64,000 nt of DNA from Corallochytrium limacisporum Hawaii (lineage: Eukaryota; Protista; Pluriformea), in the NCBI GenBank assembly GCA_002811645.1, contig PDIP01000093.1, forward strand, positions 109,990 through 173,989, in the 5' to 3' direction. Within the stretch, counting starts at the first letter, position 1, and every line of letters starts with the position of its first letter. Shown here in pieces: positions 1 to 10,469 of this stretch. Made by a program: the position numbers and the translations under genes. Below the pieces are notes generated by a model that made no database searches, was not told the origin of the DNA, and saw only the letters and a list, made by a program, of their open reading frames with translations.

Positions 1-181
1 TAAAGGAAGGGGTGCAATGGGATGATCAGCCTGGCCAGGGGGAGGGGGGGGAGGCAGTGGAGCTGTGGGTCGCGATCGGGAAGCTATGGTTCCCGAGGGA
101 CGAGGGCATGTTTTCAACCTGATCAAATTCTTTATAACTTTAACCTTGGCAAATCTAAAGAGTGCTGAGGAGAATCTCCAA

Positions 182-2458
182 TTACACATTGTCCATGGCC
201 TTCTGATGCCACTGTGAGCATTCCGAACTGCAGTACCGGTACCACTGACGACTGAAGATTTCGCTCTTGTCATCCGGAAGCGGACGGTCGCAAAATGAGC
301 AGTGTGTCAGTTCACGTTGGCTGGCCGCGATCCGCTGCTCGGCAGCGTAGGCCCGTTTTTCGCGGTCGGACATGGCCCGAAACTTGGCCATGCGGGACTC
401 TTTCTCCAAACGGGAGGCCAGGAGCGCTTCCTGGTGCTGCTTTCGCTGGCGCTCAGCCTGCACGGCCTGGGCTCGTGCTGCCTCTTCTTTGGCTTTCTCT
501 GCAGCTCTCCGTTGCTCCGCGCGCTTTTGTGCTCGTTCGCGGTACCGCGCACGTTCCTTCTCGCGCTCGTCCCTGCGGCGGAGCGTCTCGGCGTCGAGCA
601 GCGAAGGCAAGCCCGCACCGCCATCCGCATTGGAGGGATCGTCGAGCCAGGGCCAAAGTTCGGGCTCTTCGGCGGCGAACTTGCGTAGAGCGTCTCGGGC
701 AATGCGAGTCCGGGAGCCCTGGTACGGCACCTGCCCTCGGTAGTCCTTGAGGGTCGGATCTGCCCCATGAGAGAGCAGGACACGAATCAATTGCTCGGTC
801 TTCGGCGTGCTGTCTTCGAGAAACTCTTCGTCCTCGTCACGACTGTGCCGACTACAGGCTTTGTGCAGGGCAGTCTGGCCCGTACGTTCGTCTCTCTGAC
901 AGAAGAGGTTCTCAAGAGGAGTCAAATCCTCGTCTTCCTTGTGCTCTGTCGCTACTGCTTCGGCAATTAGTGCGTTGACCTGTTCCAGATCCCCATTGTG
1001 AACCGCATCCAGAAACGGGGCCTGATTGGATGGGGATTCCTCCGCCGAATTTTTGTCCTTGAGATGACTGGTACCGCGCCCCGGACTAGCCAAGCCACTT
1101 TGCGACCCGCCAACACCGAGATCAGTGCTACTGTTTCTCTCTGTGTGATGCGCCCTCTGAAGTAATCTCTCCCTCCTTTCCGCCGCCTCCCTCGCCTTGG
1201 CGATGGCGTCGGAATGGTGCTTGGCGATAGTAGCTTCATCATGCACCCAGCACTGCAGAGTACGGGCGTGGGCCTCCTCGACCAGTTCTAGTGTTGGCTT
1301 TTTGACTACCACTGGCAGTGACCGCAGGCGGGGGTCATTCCGGTTCAACAGGCGGACGTCGTCCTTCTCACCTTCCCCATCCGGATCGGCAAAGAAATGC
1401 CCCCGGACATTGCCGGGAGCATAGATAAACATCATGTCCGCCTCATTCTCCAACCAGTCCGCCCAGTCAGTCATGATGCCTTGAATATCATTCTTCAGCA
1501 TGACCTCACCCTGACGACGCATGTAGGCACCGACACTCTTAGGCTTCTTGCCGCCAGCGTCGCGGGTAGACTGCGCCGTACCCCGCTTACCACGAACTGT
1601 GTACCTCCGGGCTGTCCGATGTTCGATCATCTTCAAGCCTTCAAATAGACCACCGGCAAAATTGCCGCTAGAGGCCATGAACACCGCAACTTTTTGGACA
1701 CTGAGACTCTGCAGGAGAGCGGCTGGGTCGTTGGCATTGCGTTGGCGGTCGCGGCGCCTGTACCCGAGAAGATTGAGATGCAGACTGAAGAGGATGTCCT
1801 CGTCCTTTGGTACAGAAGTCACATTTGCCTGGTCCCTACTGGCACTAGTCTTCTCCTGTGTCTTCTTTATGGCTCCCAGTACCTTCTTCTGCACATCGCG
1901 AGGGAGTCGGGCGATCTGTGCGCGAAAAAACACTCGTGAATTCAATGGTCCTGATGTACTCGCCTCCTCCACATCTACACTTTTCTTTCGGAGCCGACTG
2001 CCATCTTCTACACCCTCATTATCACTGCCATGGTCACTCATCACAGCATTGTCCGACTCATCACTTTCTTCCTCCTCCTCATTCTTGTCTTCGTCATACA
2101 TGGCAGTCTCCTCCGCAGTGCCCTTCATGGCTTTGAACTCGTCCTCAGATATGGATTTCATTCCTTTTGCTCTTCTTTTGGCGTTATGCGCATGCCATGC
2201 TGTGCGGACATGTGCACGTAATGCACCACTTAGAGACCCATCGTCTGCATTGTAGTCCGCCCGACGGCCGTAGGAACACGTGATACAGATGTGATCCTCT
2301 TCCTCTGCCTGGGCGTCAGCTTCCTTTTCTGAGTCGTTCTGATCACTAATCTGTGTGCCATAGGGACTGACATTTAATCGAAACGCATCACCAGCTTCAA
2401 GCACTGAGAAGTAGGCCAACACACCTAGCTCCTTTTGCAGTGCATACACATGGGTCAT
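182..2458 (-). CDS. ANKZF1: Vms1/ANKZF1 ribosome-quality-control tRNA endonuclease (VLRF1 family)
   Basis: 758-aa ORF with an N-terminal C2H2-like finger (CITC...HVRTAWH) and a VLRF1 domain (SSGNFAGGLF, HRTARRYTVRGKRGTAQS with catalytic Q, GAYMRR). It also has ankyrin repeats (GQTALHKAC, LLSHGADPTLKD), a coiled coil, a VIM-like motif (REKRAYAAEQR) and a C-terminal Cys/His finger (CSFC...YCSSECSQWH). Confidence 0.95.
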   Translation of the reverse strand: MTHVYALQKELGVLAYFSVLEAGDAFRLNVSPYGTQISDQNDSEKEADAQAEEEDHICITCSYGRRADYNADDGSLSGALRAHVRTAWHAHNAKRRAKGMKSISEDEFKAMKGTAEETAMYDEDKNEEEEESDESDNAVMSDHGSDNEGVEDGSRLRKKSVDVEEASTSGPLNSRVFFRAQIARLPRDVQKKVLGAIKKTQEKTSASRDQANVTSVPKDEDILFSLHLNLLGYRRRDRQRNANDPAALLQSLSVQKVAVFMASSGNFAGGLFEGLKMIEHRTARRYTVRGKRGTAQSTRDAGGKKPKSVGAYMRRQGEVMLKNDIQGIMTDWADWLENEADMMFIYAPGNVRGHFFADPDGEGEKDDVRLLNRNDPRLRSLPVVVKKPTLELVEEAHARTLQCWVHDEATIAKHHSDAIAKAREAAERRERLLQRAHHTERNSSTDLGVGGSQSGLASPGRGTSHLKDKNSAEESPSNQAPFLDAVHNGDLEQVNALIAEAVATEHKEDEDLTPLENLFCQRDERTGQTALHKACSRHSRDEDEEFLEDSTPKTEQLIRVLLSHGADPTLKDYRGQVPYQGSRTRIARDALRKFAAEEPELWPWLDDPSNADGGAGLPSLLDAETLRRRDEREKERARYRERAQKRAEQRRAAEKAKEEAARAQAVQAERQRKQHQEALLASRLEKESRMAKFRAMSDREKRAYAAEQRIAASQRELTHCSFCDRPLPDDKSEIFSRQWYRYCSSECSQWHQKAMDNV

Positions 2459-2685
2459 GGTCCGTTCTGTTGTTTCACACCTTGGACCACCTGACCTATA
2501 CGAACCGGTTGTTGCATATTCGCTGATGTAGCAGCATTCTTAGTGCATCCCTTTAATCAACTATCCTTAAGCGTGTCATACCATAAGGTCGAATTCACAG
2601 TTCCCTTCACTACCTTTTCTGCTGCAGCCCTCAAAACATCGGGAAAACGTTCAGCAACGGCACTGGCTGGTGCCACTGTGGGACT

Positions 2686-2700
2686 CCCCCCCGGGGGGGG
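2686..2700. promoter_or_regulatory. C7G8 palindromic element, 228 bp upstream of the ANKZF1 ATG
   Basis: Sequence is CCCCCCCGGGGGGGG. The same motif recurs upstream of many genes in the window; a regulatory function is inferred only from position. Confidence 0.45.
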
Positions 2701-2777
2701 TTCAGTACGTGAGGGACAATCGCGGCGAGAGAGCGGGACTAGACTTGGGTGAGACATAGCAGTGTGTGTGTACTACG

Positions 2778-2893
2778 GTGATGATATATGTAGTGATGGC
2801 AATGATGATGGCAATGATGATGGCGATGATGATGGCGATGATGATGGCGATGATGATGGCGACGATGGCAGAGATGATAGATGATGATGATGG
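2778..2893. repeat. GAT-based microsatellite with a 12-bp higher-order unit (GATGGCRATGAT)
   Basis: Tandem units are directly visible; the repeat lies in the probable 3' UTR of the DUF547 gene. Confidence 0.9.
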
Positions 2894-2954
2894 TACTCAT
2901 GAAGTCACAAGGAGGCGTTCTTGACGTCTTTGGATGCTCATTTTTGCTAAATCC

Positions 2955-3650
2955 TTACGAGCGACACTTGTTGGGACTCCAATCGTAGTGCAGATACTTG
3001 CCCCGAATCAATTTGGAGGAGTCCTGTACGCCGGACAGCTTGGTCTTACTGTGCTTCAGACAAAAGTCCAAGGGACCCTCATAGCTACCCAGACTAAAAT
3101 CAGACTCGTACCACTTGAAGATGGCACTCAGACGGACCCTAGTTCCGTCTACCTGCATACCATTGTGTTCGTCAAGGAATACGCGTGTGCGTTCATCCAA
3201 AAACTCGTCAATGTCCTCAGTATCCATCAGACGGCGGGGTAGACGTGGACAAGAGTAAGATGCACAGTTCAGATACATGTGTAAACGAGGATCTTCAAAC
3301 TCCGGTCGGATTATTTTGTTCTCCAGTGCGTACAAGGTCATCTTCTTGCCGCAGATTGTGTGCTTAGCCATGAAGAAGAAGGACACCTTGTTGTACCATT
3401 TTTCGTTCGTATAAGTTGGCTTTTTCTTCATTTGTTCGACAGTAGCCCGCAGACAGACCATGTTGTATGCGTTGCAGAAAAAGGCCATACGCTCCTCTCG
3501 GCTCTTGCCTTCTAGATTCGCGGTGGCAACGTACTGGACATTGTGGTTTAGCATTTCCATAGCTGCTGTGTCCTTCATAAGTGCTGCATACTTCACCCAA
3601 CCATCCTCGGTGATGTACTCTACCGGGAGCTTAAAACCCTTTGTCGACAT
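2955..3650 (-). CDS. Stand-alone DUF547 domain protein
   Basis: First ATG at 3650 (MSTKGF). Motifs AFFCNAYN, LENKIIR, DPRLHMYLNCASYSCP, SAIFKWYESDF and YDWS match the DUF547 family pattern. Confidence 0.85.
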   Translation of the reverse strand: MSTKGFKLPVEYITEDGWVKYAALMKDTAAMEMLNHNVQYVATANLEGKSREERMAFFCNAYNMVCLRATVEQMKKKPTYTNEKWYNKVSFFFMAKHTICGKKMTLYALENKIIRPEFEDPRLHMYLNCASYSCPRLPRRLMDTEDIDEFLDERTRVFLDEHNGMQVDGTRVRLSAIFKWYESDFSLGSYEGPLDFCLKHSKTKLSGVQDSSKLIRGKYLHYDWSPNKCRS

Positions 3651-4531
3651 TTGTAAATGTGGTGACAGTCGCAATACTAAAGATCACCCCGTAGATGTTT
3701 CAAAGACAATTCCCCTGAACCACAGGTCTCACTGTAGCTCGTGCGTTACGCTCCTTTAAATACCCCAGGATCTTACATCCACGTATTCTTGGCATCGTAA
3801 CAAACCAAAGCCTACAACTAGTACACGTGAAAGCACATGATCCACAACCTGCGTCTCCATCAATCCGAAGACAACGCAAGGAAAGCCGGTGCAAGTTGGC
3901 GCCAGTCAACCTGCGTAGAGTTTCAAATCCGCTGCTGGGGTTTCCCGCAGGCAAGGGGGAGAAGGTATGTTCGGACGGACCGGAAAGAAATTGTTTTGTT
4001 CACACCCCGGAATACTATAGTACATTTAGTACGGAAATACACTTCATCTAAAACACGGGGCGAACGGGACCGAACGATCCCGAGAGATTTTTCTCTCTCG
4101 AGGGTATGGGCCCACAAAAACGAAAAAGACCGGTCCAGACAGGCATACCCGTTCACCTCTCTGTGCGCTCTGCATGAACGTTAAGGGCACGACAAAGTCA
4201 GCGCATTTTCATGTCCAGCGCAGTTGTGCTTAGATATTGTTGGAAACAATCCCTGCTCCGTCACCACCCGGGGCATGTACCAACGATCGCAAAGGCGGGC
4301 TGTGGGCACATATGCGACCCACACCCCGGACACCCCGTGTGAGTTGAGTTGACGTCACAGGCACAGGGAGGGTCAGCGGATGCGACTTCATTGTTGCGTC
4401 CGTACGGAATCCCAATCGGATGGCCTCTGTATTGGGGAATAAGGGGATTCTATCCATTCTCATGCATGCGGGTGTGAAAAGGATTTTATTATGCTTTGCA
4501 ATGAATGGTGTCCGGAGTGGAATGAATGACT

Positions 4532-6640
4532 TCAAGGCCGCACAATCTCGACCTCGCAACGGCTGGAGATACAATGTGCCATGAGCTGATCAGAATCCAC
4601 GGTGTCGAAGGTGGACTCGTCTGGGATGGCGATGCGGATGCGGGCGTAGGAGCCCGCACTGTTTCCCTTGACGAAACGGCCCGGGTTCAAGACCGTGGTA
4701 GCTTCGGTGGTGTGTGCAAAATAGACCAGGTCGGAAGGTAGGATGAGGACATCTGGCATAGCGGGCACTTCCATTTTTGAGGCTTGCTTCATGTCCACAT
4801 TGACCTCCAGGTGAGTTGGAAACAATGGGTAATATGACCGCTGGTGCAAAAGATGGGAAGTTAAGCGCTGCATGCGGTTGCTCTTGACTGCGCCGCCCTT
4901 GGCCTGGCGGGAAATCTCTTCCCCACTCAGATGCTTTACCACGTCAAAGGTTGCTACGCCGACAACAACTTCATTCAGGCAGAAGGTGAAGGGGTTAGCT
5001 ATGCAGTGCACGCGTTCGTGTTCCATGGCCAGATCGAGCGCGTTGTACATGGGGGTCGGACAAATGGGCTCGTTGTTGATGTCTTGGGCGGATGGGACTA
5101 GTACAACCTGCAGATCCTCGTGGCGCTGCAGAGCTTGTACTAATGGGCCGCTGAAATGCTCAGCTACAAGGTCGGCAACTGTGTGATCCCGGCAAGAAGC
5201 CAGCAGAGGATGCGACTCATGCAAAATTGGGCCCAGAACCACCAGGACGGAAGGTACGGTCCTCTCATCGTCGTCAAAGCTGTTTAAAAATTCTTTCCAT
5301 GGAGTGAATTCCAGCTCGTTGGCGAGGCAGAATGGTCCAGATATGGCGGCGATTTCCATAGGCCGGTAAGGGCCAGCCGGCTCTGCCTTGGTATTCACGC
5401 CATCGCCGTAGTAGAAGGCCTTGACACGATGGGAAGGCGTCTTGGGCAGGCTGGGAATGCAACCCGGCAGGATCTGTTTGGCGTGGATACAGCCACCAGT
5501 CGGGTTCATACCCTCTACGGCAATCACTTGACCAGGAAAGATTGAGAACGAGGGCACATCGTGGAGATCTAATGTTACCCGGGCACCTCCAGATGAAGCA
5601 ATGTTTCCTTCGAGCAGGGCACTCACTTCGTTCAGGCGGCCTTCACCATCGCACCAAATGCGGCCACAGTACCAGCCCATGCTGTGGTTGACCGCATTGA
5701 CGGGCAAGTACTCTTCAATGGGTGGATTAGTCGTGCCCTGCATCTGGATACCCATCTCGTTGATGCGCCAGTCAAGATCCTCACAGATCTCATCCATGCG
5801 GTTCCATCCGTAGCGGTAGTCCTCTGTCAGATTGGTACGGCTGTTGTGCACGGTAAAGTCAACCGGAGGACGAGATGTCCGGCTCTGCACATCTTCAGCA
5901 ATTCCACTTCCGATCTTGTGGTTCATAAGCACCTTTCCGCTCTGCGTCCGCATCTTCATGTACGGAGTATCCCCCAGGGACATGCCGGTCAGAGCCTGTA
6001 GGGCTGGCGATGGCGTCGCTTGCCCCAGCACAACGCTAGTGCGAGCGGCCGACGTAGGGGTGCCCTGGGTACTTGTTCCACGCTTACTGGCACTGGTGCT
6101 GCCTTCGGCAGGACGCTTCTGTAATGACGACGGGGTCGTTGGGGATGTGTTGTAGCGAACGTCTGCAGCATTGAGGACGCTCTTCGTCCGGTCAGCCATT
6201 GGGGTCGAGGAAGATCCCTGGGTTGGTGTGTGGAGGTTGTGCGTCACGCCCATGCCACTCAATTTTCCTGAGAGAGATGCTTTGTTATACACACTTCCCA
6301 TGGACTTGGCACTCATCGGCGTACTGGCGCTGCCACCTATACCCTTGCTCATGGACCTCTTGTGGGAGTCATAAAGGTGCGTGCGCAGCGCCTCGAAGCC
6401 CTCTACAGTGGGTTTGATATTGGCGTTGTAAGCGTAGGCTTCCCATTTTGTGACCAAATCAGCAACACCTATGTAAAAGTTTTCCGCAATGCTCACCGCC
6501 ACAGCCAGGGCATCATCACTGATGTTTTCGGCACCCAGGGCGCGGAATTCTTCTCGTAGTTCAGCGGTCATCTTCTGAAGCCTTGGGGGCATCGCTCCAG
6601 CGGAGACAGCGCCCTGTTCCTGATTCACAACAGCAACCAT
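4532..6640 (-). CDS. POLA2: DNA polymerase alpha/primase B subunit (Pol12)
   Basis: First ATG at 6640. N-terminal helical domain (LVTKWEAY), S/TP-rich linker, then GRIWCDGEGRLN, SIFPGQVIAVEGMNPTG, ISGPF, HLLHQRSYYPLFP, PDVLILPS and NPG motifs. Confidence 0.95.
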   Translation of the reverse strand: MVAVVNQEQGAVSAGAMPPRLQKMTAELREEFRALGAENISDDALAVAVSIAENFYIGVADLVTKWEAYAYNANIKPTVEGFEALRTHLYDSHKRSMSKGIGGSASTPMSAKSMGSVYNKASLSGKLSGMGVTHNLHTPTQGSSSTPMADRTKSVLNAADVRYNTSPTTPSSLQKRPAEGSTSASKRGTSTQGTPTSAARTSVVLGQATPSPALQALTGMSLGDTPYMKMRTQSGKVLMNHKIGSGIAEDVQSRTSRPPVDFTVHNSRTNLTEDYRYGWNRMDEICEDLDWRINEMGIQMQGTTNPPIEEYLPVNAVNHSMGWYCGRIWCDGEGRLNEVSALLEGNIASSGGARVTLDLHDVPSFSIFPGQVIAVEGMNPTGGCIHAKQILPGCIPSLPKTPSHRVKAFYYGDGVNTKAEPAGPYRPMEIAAISGPFCLANELEFTPWKEFLNSFDDDERTVPSVLVVLGPILHESHPLLASCRDHTVADLVAEHFSGPLVQALQRHEDLQVVLVPSAQDINNEPICPTPMYNALDLAMEHERVHCIANPFTFCLNEVVVGVATFDVVKHLSGEEISRQAKGGAVKSNRMQRLTSHLLHQRSYYPLFPTHLEVNVDMKQASKMEVPAMPDVLILPSDLVYFAHTTEATTVLNPGRFVKGNSAGSYARIRIAIPDESTFDTVDSDQLMAHCISSRCEVEIVRP

Positions 6641-6947
6641 TCTGATCCGTCTTATACAATCTTGTATCACTATCCAGCCATGTCTTCCTTTCCGGCTATC
6701 TCTCCTTTTACCTTCTCGTTGTGATCTTGGCCTGCAACCGTGAGATGCCTTTGCAATGATTAGCAATTCGGAATTCTAGAGCATTCATCTGAAATACGCG
6801 TCTTGTCAATGCAGACCTAGGGTGTACCTCAAGCCGGCCCAACGGATCCTGACGTCGAAAGGGCCCTGACCTATTTGGAGGATACACCGCATCTCCGTCT
6901 CCATTTCCAATCTGCACCGAACTGTACCCCGTGCATTGCGCGCTCGC

Positions 6948-6961
6948 TTTCGCGCGCGAAA
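6948..6961. promoter_or_regulatory. Palindromic double E2F-type site TTTCGCGCGCGAAA upstream of POLA2
   Basis: Perfect 14-bp palindrome containing TTTCGCGC on both strands, about 310 bp upstream of a DNA replication gene. Confidence 0.65.
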
Positions 6962-7541
6962 TCAGACCCGCCTTCGCCGTCTCCACGACCTCCTATAAAA
7001 GGTCCGGATATAAAAATGTCCAGATTTACATATAATGTATACTCAGATCTATCCGCATGATTGCTCATATTCAGGATAGGCGATCCTACATAAAAAAGCA
7101 ACAAAGCTGTATCCGGATATATATTTCGTCTGGTCTTTGCCTATGTCGGTGGTTTGTGTTAAATGTACACACTGCAATTGCGCAGTCGCCATGATGAGAC
7201 CCGCATTGTCCTCTTACTTGCACATCTCAATAGTGAATGGATAGCGATCATCTGTGCTGAATTACTTCACGTATGAGTGTTCGCAAGGTTCTGGATTCTG
7301 TCACATTGTTTTCGTTTTCCGCTGTGCGCTAGGAGGCACTCCTATAGTGAATGTACTGAGCGATCCCGTCGTGCTCTCACTATACACACACACGTCCCGC
7401 ACTCTACACAGAGAGACCTGGGGGTGAATGGCGCGCCCCGGGGCAGAAGTGAGACGCGGTTGGGTTCTTTGTAGCGCGCTCTGGCCGGCAGCAAAGACAA
7501 AGGAAAAAGGCGTGGCGCATGTGTGGCATGTGTGACGGGAG

Positions 7542-7567
7542 CCCCCGGGGGGGGGGGGGGGGGGGGG
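7542..7567. promoter_or_regulatory. C5G21 element in the divergent POLA2 / PHD-gene intergenic region
   Basis: Homopolymer pair is directly visible; function is inferred. Confidence 0.4.
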
Positions 7568-8444
7568 TGGGTGCGTGACCAAAACCGACCAGCCCCTCGA
7601 GGTAAGCGTTAGTTTCCGATAACCAAAGGGCCCAAACAAAGCGAAAAGGCGTATGTGGAGTTTTTCTTTTACTTTCCTTTTTGCTTTTTTCTTTGCGTCT
7701 CCCCCCCTCGCGGGCGGGGGGCCTCGCCGCTCCTCTCTAGCCCTACCCGGGTTTTCACCCCTCGTCTCCCACCCATCTCTGTTATTGTTAGTTATTTTTC
7801 ATATTGTCCACCCCCACCTTCCTGTACACCCCCCACCCCCCTGCTTCTCCTTCTCCCCACCCCCTTCCATTTTTTCTTATTTCAGAAAATACTTTCCTTT
7901 ATCTGCAAAAGGGGAACAATTCGGAAAAGTGAATCAAGGGAGAAAACAGGAGCCCCGGGAAGGGGGGGGGGCCAAAGTAAGCGCATCAATTTTACTGCTG
8001 CCGGGCCTGCAATTTCATTCGCTAGTCTTTTTTCCCTTTTTTGTGGGTTCAAACGCACCGACACCAACCAAAAGCTCAGCACATCGACAACGCGCAGCAA
8101 GGGGCACCGGGGACCGACCACTTGTCCGGGGGAAACGATGAGTACGGTGTTTGGGATTGTCTGTGGACATGCGGAACCCCATATGGAAAGAAAAGATTTC
8201 ATTCCACTCGTCTAGACTGTGGTGCATACTTATGTGATAAGTTTAGGACAAAGGTAGAAGAGCATGGATTTTCATCATTTTATCAAAACTTACCAAATTA
8301 AGAATATTCAGTATTTTGTCACTTATTTTATTGACCTTGCTATATTTATCTGTGATCTTCTGAAAAGATCATACCACAATGTTCGGGAATTGCTAGCAGA
8401 AAGCTAAGACCGTAATTTAGAAAATCAGAACAAGAGGATTCACC

Positions 8445-10469
8445 ATGGAGCACACCTGGAGATTCTTCAAGGAGCGAAAGAGGCCCATCAATCCCCTCGG
8501 TTCCACAAAAGAACTGGACAAGGAAGATCCCAACAGAACATGTGCGACCTGTGATGAAGCCTTGGTAGGAAAGATCTGTACCTGCATTGACTGCGGCAGT
8601 GTCCACCATCACACTTGTCATGATCGTAAGGGGAAAGAATGCAAGAAATTCCGTTGCGCAGAATGCTACAATAAGAGCAAACCTCATTTTGAAACATTCA
8701 AGGTAAAGAACATTAACTTCCACTCTTACCAGGGATCTCGGGGAGATGTTGTGGGCTCTAGGGCCTCCGTTTCCGCTGTCGCATCAACGCGCACTTCATT
8801 GCCTCCAATGGAGTCTCTGCAAAACGTTTTCAACTACAAAAAGATGGCCAAGGAACTGAAGCGTAAGCCCAAGGGACCTGAGGCACAATTCATTGCCAAA
8901 TTCCGTGCAGATGGCGGTGAGGCAAAGAAGCGGCCAAGTATGCCCCCATTGGTTGACCGGGATAAAGAGTTTGAATACGTCTTTGAGCGGAATGGCGACG
9001 ACGACGACGACAAGCCTCTGACTCGAGCATCGATGCCTGCGGCTGCCATGCGAAGTCAATTTGAAAGACTCAAGGATGTTGACCTGGAGAGCAGAAGCAG
9101 TTCTGCCGCGGCACCGAGCAAGAGCAGTGAGAAAGAAAAGGAATCAAAGGATAAGGAACCCGAAGAGAGTAATTCTCCTGCTCCTGCCCCTCCTGTGGCC
9201 GCACCTGTCAAGGAAGCCAGCGGAAAGGACAAAGAAAAGGACTCAGAGAAACCAGAGAAGAAGGAGGAATCAAAGAAGGAAAAGACCAACACAAGGACCT
9301 CTGCCATTTTCACATGGAACCACATTCAATCCACAGAAGTTACCCAGCGAGGTGGCAATGAGAACCCGACCTACCAGCCTGTAAAGAAGGCGAAGCCCAC
9401 CAAGGATAAGGACGCAGGAAAGAGTGGAGACAAAGAACATAAAGCAGACGCTGCAGCAAGGGCTGCCGCCGCTGCTCTGGCAGGAGTCACTGCTTCTGCA
9501 CCCCAGAGTCAGGCCCCGGGGCCTCCTGCACAAGCCCCCGCAGAGGGTCGGGAAAAGCGGCCGAAGAAGGCCACCGAAAACGGCGATCAAGCGTCAACGA
9601 AAAAGCGCAAAACGGCCGATGCTCAGCGTCAGTCAGGGGCCCCGTATGGTGGCGCACCGCCTCTCCCACACTATGCTGCCTACTACGGTCATCCTCCGCC
9701 ACCCCCGCCTGGCCAGGGTGGGGATCAGGATCAGTCACACCCCCCACAGTACCATGGCCACCAGTACCCGGGGCACTACCCTCCGCCTCCACCACCCCCC
9801 AGTGGTGATCAGAACAATGGCGCACCTCAAGAGCAGCGCGGTAGCATCCCTTACTATGCACCTGGCCCGGGCCCGGAGGGTTACTACCCACCTGGCGCTC
9901 CTCCTCCGCCTGGCCAAGAAGGTCACGCACACTACAACGGACAGGCTCCGCCTCAGGGTGACCAACGTGGTACGGGACCGCCACCTCCATATGGCTACTA
10001 CCCTGGGTACGACTACAATCGGATGTACCACGATTACTACTATGGGTATTACTACCGGGGACAAGATCAGCAGCAACAAGACACTCGAAGCAGTTCCGAT
10101 GACCGGTCAAAATACCCCCATCCGCCTCCACCCCCGGCCGATGGGCGCGGTTACCCGCCGCCACCTCCGGGTCATCATCCACCGCCACCTCCACCAGGAC
10201 AGTACCCGGGGGCACCACCAAACAGTCACCCTGCTGCACCACCGCCGGGACAATACCCACCACCTGTTCCCACGGCTGCAAACGGTGGCAGTGAAGAAGG
10301 CCAACAACAAGCACCGCCCCCTGGTGCGTGGCCTCCACCGCCTCCCCACTATCAATACTACTACGGCTACTACGGGCATCCACCACCACCACCGCAGCAG
10401 CAACAACAGCAAACACAGCAGGCCAACAGTGATCACCAAGCTTCCGGCGATGCCAGGCGCAGGTCGTGA
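8445..10469 (+). CDS. PHD-like zinc-finger protein with a charged linker and a Pro/Gly/Tyr/Gln-rich low-complexity C-terminus
   Basis: 674-aa ATG ORF. CATC-x10-CIDC-x4-H-x2-C-x12-CAEC fits C4HC3 PHD spacing, and basic NLS-like stretches are present (KKRK, KRPKK). The 5' end is uncertain because an upstream exon is possible. Confidence 0.75.
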   Translation: MEHTWRFFKERKRPINPLGSTKELDKEDPNRTCATCDEALVGKICTCIDCGSVHHHTCHDRKGKECKKFRCAECYNKSKPHFETFKVKNINFHSYQGSRGDVVGSRASVSAVASTRTSLPPMESLQNVFNYKKMAKELKRKPKGPEAQFIAKFRADGGEAKKRPSMPPLVDRDKEFEYVFERNGDDDDDKPLTRASMPAAAMRSQFERLKDVDLESRSSSAAAPSKSSEKEKESKDKEPEESNSPAPAPPVAAPVKEASGKDKEKDSEKPEKKEESKKEKTNTRTSAIFTWNHIQSTEVTQRGGNENPTYQPVKKAKPTKDKDAGKSGDKEHKADAAARAAAAALAGVTASAPQSQAPGPPAQAPAEGREKRPKKATENGDQASTKKRKTADAQRQSGAPYGGAPPLPHYAAYYGHPPPPPPGQGGDQDQSHPPQYHGHQYPGHYPPPPPPPSGDQNNGAPQEQRGSIPYYAPGPGPEGYYPPGAPPPPGQEGHAHYNGQAPPQGDQRGTGPPPPYGYYPGYDYNRMYHDYYYGYYYRGQDQQQQDTRSSSDDRSKYPHPPPPPADGRGYPPPPPGHHPPPPPPGQYPGAPPNSHPAAPPPGQYPPPVPTAANGGSEEGQQQAPPPGAWPPPPPHYQYYYGYYGHPPPPPQQQQQQTQQANSDHQASGDARRRS

